Assembly (NCBI GenBank): GCA_052327205.1
Contig: CM126205.1
Location: 250,170,001-250,234,000 of the forward strand
Length of the DNA: 64,000 bases
Origin: Somniosus microcephalus
Taxonomy: Eukaryota
Direction of reading: 5' to 3'
Part shown: piece after piece, positions 57,708-64,000 of the stretch
How positions within the stretch are numbered: the first letter of the stretch is position 1
Layout of the letters: the number at the start of each line of letters is the position of its first letter
The notes under the pieces: model-generated
What the model saw: only the letters and a program-made list of their open reading frames with translations
The model's database searches: none
Told to the model about the DNA's origin: nothing
Program-made: the position numbers and the translations under genes

Positions 57708-58814
57708 CTGTAAGAAAAAAATTGAAGTTATGGAATTTTATTCCCATAACGTTTCTAATAATACACATTTTTTTAACCTGCGGCAGTGTTTATCAGTGAT
57801 CGAGGTTTAGGTAAATGGTATATACCTACCTCATTCACTCATAGAATTGTAGAAATGACAGTAATGAAGAAGCTATTCCTCAACTGGGGCTATCTATTCT
57901 ACTGTCATTTTCCTGCTTCATCTTATTCTTTTTTAATACTTTTTCAAATATTTATCCAGTTCCCTTTTTACTCTCTATCCCATTAACCCCTTGTTTTTAT
58001 TCAGGCATTGGTATCATTGGTGGATAGCACTTAAGAGCATATTCAGGTACAGGGGTAGCAAGAGAAGGTATTGGGGTCTTGAAGATTGTTTTATGTGTGG
58101 TTTTATTATTTGACCTCTGGTACACCTGTCTAAATAAATGTAAGAGCTTTATGGCTTCTTTGCAGTAAGCAATTATCTGTCAAGAGGTTATGGGAGGAGT
58201 CACATTCCTTAGCTTGGTTGCTATGACAATCTTGTAGTTTTGGCCACTGACATTTTGAGGAGGGCAGGAAGTAAATTCAGTTATTAATGATATTCACTTT
58301 TAAGAAGTGGCATCCAGTTGTTAGCTTAAAATAAAGTGTTCATTGCAGAAGACTCCAAATGAATTTGTTCCAAATTTTACTGTATATAGTAAAGCAGTGA
58401 CTAGCAGTAATATTGGCTGAAAATAGTACATTGATTGTAATTCAGAGCATGCAGTACCATTTTAAAGATCATAATTCTTTGTGAGAAGCTATGTATACAT
58501 GGAACTAGCACACCTTTTCATGTTTGAGTGAACAGCAATTGATAATGAAACCTAGGAGTAGTAGGTATATTTTGTACTCAAAGTTTCTATTTCACACAAG
58601 CTAAAATAAAAAAAATTGTTGTTATACAAAATTGTGTTAACACATTTATTTAAGGAATGATCTTGACCTAAGATAGATTTAGACTAAATATGAAATATAG
58701 TTTCATATTTCTAGTGAGATTCTTTTGATTTTCTTGTTTGCTTTTCTTGGTTTGTTTTGCTTTTCTTTAGATTGGTCTGTACTTTTTTTCTCCTGTTTAA
58801 GGCTGCATTTTTAC

Positions 58815-58948
58815 TGCTGCTTCCAGTCTCGGACCAGACCTGACTCTGTCTTCCCACAGTTTGGCACTGAGATTCACAACAAGGGAGGTCTCTGTCTGCA
58901 TGCTTGGATGCAGTTGGGGAGCTCTTCTTCCTGGGCATCTCATTGCTA
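58815..58948 (-). CDS. Candidate penultimate exon (SNEMPRKKSS..WSETGSS)
   Basis: Acceptor ctctctcaacag| and an open frame. The weak donor GCA|gtaaaa gives phase 1, matching the exon at 57707. Confidence 0.3.
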
Positions 58949-59121
58949 CTGTTGAGAGAGCACAGCAATAATAAGCACTTTCTCCTATATAACATTTTAA
59001 CTAAAGTTTCATACAACGTTTTAACAATTCCTAGCTGGTCTAACCAACTGCCTGGGTACTTTTAAATCAAGCTGAAGCTATACTGCGCCCATTACAAACT
59101 CAAACCATTTTGAGATGACCT

Positions 59122-59411
59122 TGTGGCGTACCGATCATAGAAAGGACACAATCCGCTTTTCGGTCTGTAGACTATAAATCAGGCGTCATGCCTTTAAGAA
59201 GGATCACACCTTTAAGAAACTCGATCTGCAACATAGTTAAGCCCAGAGCGGGGGAGGAGCAGTCGAAGCTGTGGACTGATGAAAGGCAGTCGGACTTGGT
59301 GTAGTCTCTGACGCCATTTTTGTGTTCAACATGCAGTCTCAACAATTAAACCTTTTCTGTTGAACCTCTCCGAGCTTAGTATTTTTTGCTAGGATTACGT
59401 AGACTCCTACA
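59122..59411 (+). repeat. 5' LTR of Gypsy B
   Basis: About eight substitutions versus the 3' LTR by eye. Confidence 0.97.
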
Positions 59412-59451
59412 TTGGTGACCCTGATGTTCAGGACGACTCCTAAGCATAACC

Positions 59452-62400
59452 ATGGCTGACACAAACGCAGTTTCTGTGAAGCTGCCGGAGTTCTGGGAGA
59501 ACCTAGCCACCGCCTGGTTCCTTCAAGCCGAATCGCAATTCCGACTCCGCGGCTTCACCGCCGACGCAACGATGTACGACTACCTCCTCGCCTCCCTGGG
59601 CAGCTCCACAATCACGAAAGTCTGGACAACACTACAAAACCCTTCGGAGGAAGGCAAGTATGCACATCTCAAGGCCGCGCTCCTTAAAAAATTCACAGCC
59701 TCCCAATTTTTGCGCAACTGCCACCTCCTCGACCTCCCAGGCCTCGGTGACTCCACACCGTCAGACTTGCTCTCACACATGCTTGCTCCGACCGGCAAGA
59801 AACCGCCCGGCTCCCTCTTCCGCACGCTCTTTATCCGCCAACTACCTCCCAGCATCCGCCTGGCGATCGTGGCGTCCAGCCTCACGGACCTTGAGGCCCT
59901 GGCCGACGAAGCCGATAAGCTCCTGTCCGCCGGCTCCAACCACGCCGTCACCCCCGACCTGGCACCGCAGCATCGGTGCGCGCTCCACCCTCTATCGCGC
60001 GGCCACACAGCTCGGCCACGAGGCCCCCCAGGCCCCCACGTCCCCCAAGCCCTCCGACCCAGGGCTACTGCTACTTCCATACCCGGTTCGGCGCACGGGC
60101 ACGCCACTGCAGCCATCCCTGCACATTTCCAACCGCCCCCACACCGGCCTACACGATGGCCGTGGGGCAAGCAGGCGCACTGCTGTACGTTACGGACAGC
60201 GCCTCCGGATGCCGTTTCCTATGCGACACGGGCGCGCAGCGCAGCATCATCCCCGCGTCCGCCCTCGAGATCCGGCGAGGCGGCCGCGGCCCTGTGCTGG
60301 CTACCGCCAACGGCACCGACATCCGGACGTACGGCACCCGCACCGTCACCATCGACCTCGCAGGCCGCCGCTACCACTGGGAGTTTATCACCGCCAAGGT
60401 GCTCTCCCCGCTCCTCGGTGCGGATTTCCTGTGCACCCATGGCCTGTTGGTCGACATGCCTCGGCGCCGCCTCGTGGACATGAACACCATGTCACCTATC
60501 CCGGGTGCCATGGCCCCCCCACAACCCGCCAAAATGGCATGGCAGTGCCGCGCCCGCTCAACGGACGACTACTCAGCACTCCTGGCTGAGTTCCCAGCCC
60601 TCACCAACCCGACCTTCTCCGTGAAAGTTGCTAAGCACGGGGTAGAACACTTCATCCCCACCACAGGCCCACCGGTGTATGCCCACGCCCGCAGGCTGGA
60701 CCCGGCCAAGCTGGAGATCGCGCGGGCCGAGTTCGCCACAATGGAACAGCTCGGCATCATCCGCCGCTCCAACAGCCCCTGGGCCTCCCCACTCCACATC
60801 GTCACCAAACCCGACGGGGGATGGCGCCCCTGCGGGGACTACCGGCGCCTAAACGACGCCACCACGCCGGATCGGTACCCCATACCACACATTCAAGACT
60901 TCTCGGCTAGACTGGCCGGCCGCTCAGTCTTCTCCAAAGTCGACCTGGTGCGCGGTTACCATCAGGTGCCAGTCCACCCCACGGACGTTCCCAAGACGGC
61001 CATAATCACCCCTTTTGGGCTATTCGAGTTCCTCCGAATGCCCTTCGGCCTCAAAAACGCGGCCCAGGCCTTCCAGCGGCTCATGGACTCGGTCCTCCGG
61101 GACCTGAAGTTCCTCTTTGTCTACCTGGATGGCATCCTGGTAGCTAGTTCCTCCAAGCAGGAACACATCGAGCACCTCCACACCCTGTTCCAGCGGCTCA
61201 GTGAGCACGGGCTCATCATCAGCCCAGCCAAGTGCCAATTCGGCCTCAGCAGGATTGAATTCCTCGGCCACCACATCACACAGGACGGAGCCATTCCCCT
61301 GCCCGTCAAGGTGCAAGCCGTCCAGCAGTTCCCCCGGCCTACCACCATCAAAGGCCTCCAGGAGTTCTTGGGGATGATCAACTTTTACAACCGCTTCATT
61401 CCCGGAGCAGCCTCCCTCATGCGGCCCCTATATGAAGCCCTCCAGGGTAAGAAAGACAGAATGGCGATCGAGTGGTCGGCGGACATGTTGACCACTTTCG
61501 ACTCGCCCAAAAAGGCGCTCGCCAATGCCACCATGCTCGCTCACCCACAGCCCAAAGCCAGGGTGGCCCTCACCACGGACGCCTCCGACCACGCGGTCGG
61601 CGCCGTGTACGAACAGTGGGTCGACGGGGCCTGGCAACCGCTGGCCTTTTTCAGCCGCCAACTGCGCCCCCCGGAGGCCAAATACAGCGCCTTTGACTGC
61701 GAGCTCCTCGCACTGTACCTGGCAGTCCGCCATTTTAGATTTCTTCTGGAGGGCCGCCCCTTCACTGCGTTTGTCGACCACAAACCCCTGACATTCGCGA
61801 TGGCAAAATCTGTGGACCCGTGGTCAGCCAGGCAACAACGCCAGCTCGCCGCGGTGTCCGAATTCACCACGGACACCCGGCACGTCTCCGGTCGAGACAA
61901 TGTGGTGGCCTACTGCCTATCCTGCCCCGCCGTCCACGGCGCCCACCTGGCAATGGACTATGCTCAACTGGCAGCGGAGCAACGCACCAACCCCGACCTG
62001 CTCTCCGCGCCCACAATCCTCCCAGGGCTGCGACTGACCGACGTCGCCTGCGGCCCGTCCGCCGTCACAGTCAAATGCGACACCTCCTTGGCACAACCCC
62101 GCCCTGTAGTCCCGGCGTCCTGGCGTAAACGGGTGTTCGACATCGTCCACGGCCTCTCACGCCCCGGCACCCGCGCGTCCATTAGACTGGTGGCCAACCG
62201 ATTTGTCTGGCGCGGCCTGCGCAAAGATGTGCGCGTCTGGTCCAGATCCTGCATAGCTTGCCAGCGTGCCAAAATCCACCAGCACGTCAAAGCCCCACTC
62301 GAGGAGTTCACCGTGCCAGAAAGAAGGTTTGACCACGTCCACATCGACCTCGTCGGCCCCCTGCCGCCATCACAAGGTCACACGCACCTGCTGACAATCG

Positions 62401-63270
62401 TGGACTGTACCACCCACTGGCCCGAGGCCATTCCACTGACGTCCACCACAACGCCGACATCGCGAGGGCGTTCATCGGTACCTGGGTCGTTCGGTTCGGC
62501 GTCCCCTCCGACATGACGTCGGATAGAGGCCCGCAGTTCACCTCTGATCTGTGGGCCGCCGTCGCCCGAAACCTCGGGGTGGCCGTTCAGCACACCACGG
62601 CTTACCACCCCCAAGCCAACGGACTGTGTGAGCGATTCCACAGGTCCATGAAGGCGTCCCTCCGTGCCAGCCTCGAGGACGAGGCTTGGATCGACCGCCT
62701 CCCGTGGGTGCTACTTGGCCTACGCTCCGCGGTCAAGGAAGACCTGCAAGCCTCGGCAGCGGAACTCGTGTACGGCCAGCCGCTGCGCATACCTGGAGAG
62801 TTCCTGCCCACCGCCACGACCCCCTGGTCGGCTGACCAGCAACGCCGCGCTTTCGCCAACCGAGCACAACAGTTCGCTCCGGTACCCACCGGCCGGCACG
62901 GCGAACCAGCAACCCGCGTACCACCTAGCCTGCACATGGCCAAATTTGTTTTCATGCGCCATGACGCCCACCGAGGACCTCTACGGCCCCCATACGACGG
63001 ACCCTACAAGGTACTCCAGATGGGGAACAAGTTCTTCCTCCTCGAAGTGGGCGGGAGAACTGACAAGGTGTCGGTCGACCGGCTCAAGCTGGCGCACCTA
63101 GAGCCCGACGAACCCGTTCAAGTGGGCCAAACCCCACCGTGGGGCAGACCGCCTAAGAGCCCGATGCGTCCGACCGCCCCGCTCCCAACACCAACCGCCA
63201 AGAGCCATTCCGGCCGTGCCATCAAGCCGCCACGCCGGTTCGTACACTCCCTACTAGCAGATTCTGGGGG
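59452..63270 (+). pseudogene. gag-pol: Gypsy B gag-pol (frameshifts near 59970 and 62455; RT YLDG)
   Basis: [63 protein letters not shown] and YDGPY motifs. Confidence 0.92.
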
Positions 63271-63276
63271 GAGCTG

Positions 63277-63566
63277 TGTGGCGTACCAATCACAGAAAGG
63301 ACACAATCCGCTTTTCGGTCCGTAGACTATAAATCAGGCGTCATGCCTTTAAGAAGGATCACACCTTTAAGAAACTCGATCTGCAACATAGTTAAGCCCA
63401 GAGCGGGGGAGGAGCAGTCGAAGCTGTGGACTGATAAAAGGCAGTCGGACTTGGTGTAGTCTCTGACGCCATTTTTGTGTTCAACATGCAGTCTCAACAA
63501 TTAAACCTTTTCTGTTGAACCTCTACGAGTTCAGTATTTTTTGCTAGGAGTACGTAGACTCCTACA
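63277..63566 (+). repeat. 3' LTR of Gypsy B
   Basis: Direct repeat of 59122-59411. Confidence 0.97.
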
Positions 63567-63599
63567 ACCTCTTGGATATGGAGGTTTTGCTAGAAGACT

Positions 63600-64000
63600 T
63601 GAGGGTTACCAAAGTCATATTACTTTTCAAAAAGGGGTAAGCCAGGCAACTATAAGCCAATCAACCTAACACGGGTAGAGGGTAAGATTCTACACGCCAT
63701 AATATGGGATGAAATAATATTCATTTAGAAAGCCATCGATTAATCGAGCACAGCTAGCATGGGTTTGTAAAAGGCAAGTCATGTCTTTGATAAATTTAAT
63801 AGAATTCCTTGAACAAATAATGGAGTGTATTGATAAAGGAAATACTGTGAATGTTGTGTCTATAGATTTTGAAAAACATTTGGTAAAGTGCTTCATATTA
63901 GGCTTGTTCTAAAAATCAAGGTACATGGTATTAAAGGGAATGTGGCAGCATAGATAGGAAGTTGATTAAAGGACAGAAAACAGACAAGTGGTTAATCAGT
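63600..64000 (+). mobile_element. Old CR1 RT fragment running off the window
   Basis: Degenerate GNYKPINLT, QHGFVKGKSCL.NLIEF and DVVY.DF.K motifs. Confidence 0.8.

Larger units (their letters stand above)
59122..63566 (+). mobile_element. Full-length Ty3/Gypsy LTR retrotransposon B (CsRn1/Kabuki-type)
   Basis: 290-bp TG..CA LTRs, TSD ACCT (59118-59121 / 63567-63570), PBS TGGTGACCCTGATGT (tRNA-Trp complement with two CpG-type transitions) and PPT ggggggag. Confidence 0.97.

Noticed and set aside
59275-59310. ctgatga in the Gypsy B 5' LTR as a possible hammerhead
   Set aside because: No correctly spaced GAAA or stems follow, and the 3' LTR reads ctgataa.
59580-63306. Many overlapping and antisense ORFs in the Gypsy elements and LINEs
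   Set aside because: These are expected shadows of GC-rich or coding sequence, with no independent motifs. No env or chromodomain ORF is visible.
1-64000. CRISPR arrays, rRNA genes, prokaryotic operons or defence systems
   Set aside because: No regularly spaced repeat-spacer array or prokaryotic gene organisation; the content is vertebrate repeat DNA.

Overview
This is a repeat-saturated vertebrate genomic window, very probably from a shark or ray, judging by an HE1/V-SINE copy, Deu-domain (SacSINE1-like) SINEs and many CR1 subfamilies. LINE content includes one CR1 with an intact 932-codon APE-RT ORF2, an L2, and an ORF1-less CR1-group LINE with a tRNA-like head plus its short head+tail derivative. 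DNA transposons include decayed Harbinger elements (transposase plus Myb/SANT gene), many Harbinger-type MITEs and one hAT-like MITE. Two complete, GC-rich CsRn1/Kabuki-type Gypsy LTR retrotransposons (CHCC gag, tRNA-Trp PBS, 4-bp TSDs) point away from each other around a CpG island. A Penelope-type terminal repeat carrying a minimal hammerhead ribozyme core is interrupted by a Tx1-type L1 insertion with a 15-bp TSD. A young, CpG-rich, highly structured 342-bp tRNA-derived SINE with an 11-bp TSD matches no family I recognise. Host-gene traces are two CpG-island promoters (~14.5-15.2 kb and ~52.1-52.65 kb) and several candidate minus-strand exons that I cannot name. Coordinates of decayed repeats are approximate, all alignments and counts were made by eye, and family names come from recalled consensus features, not database searches.
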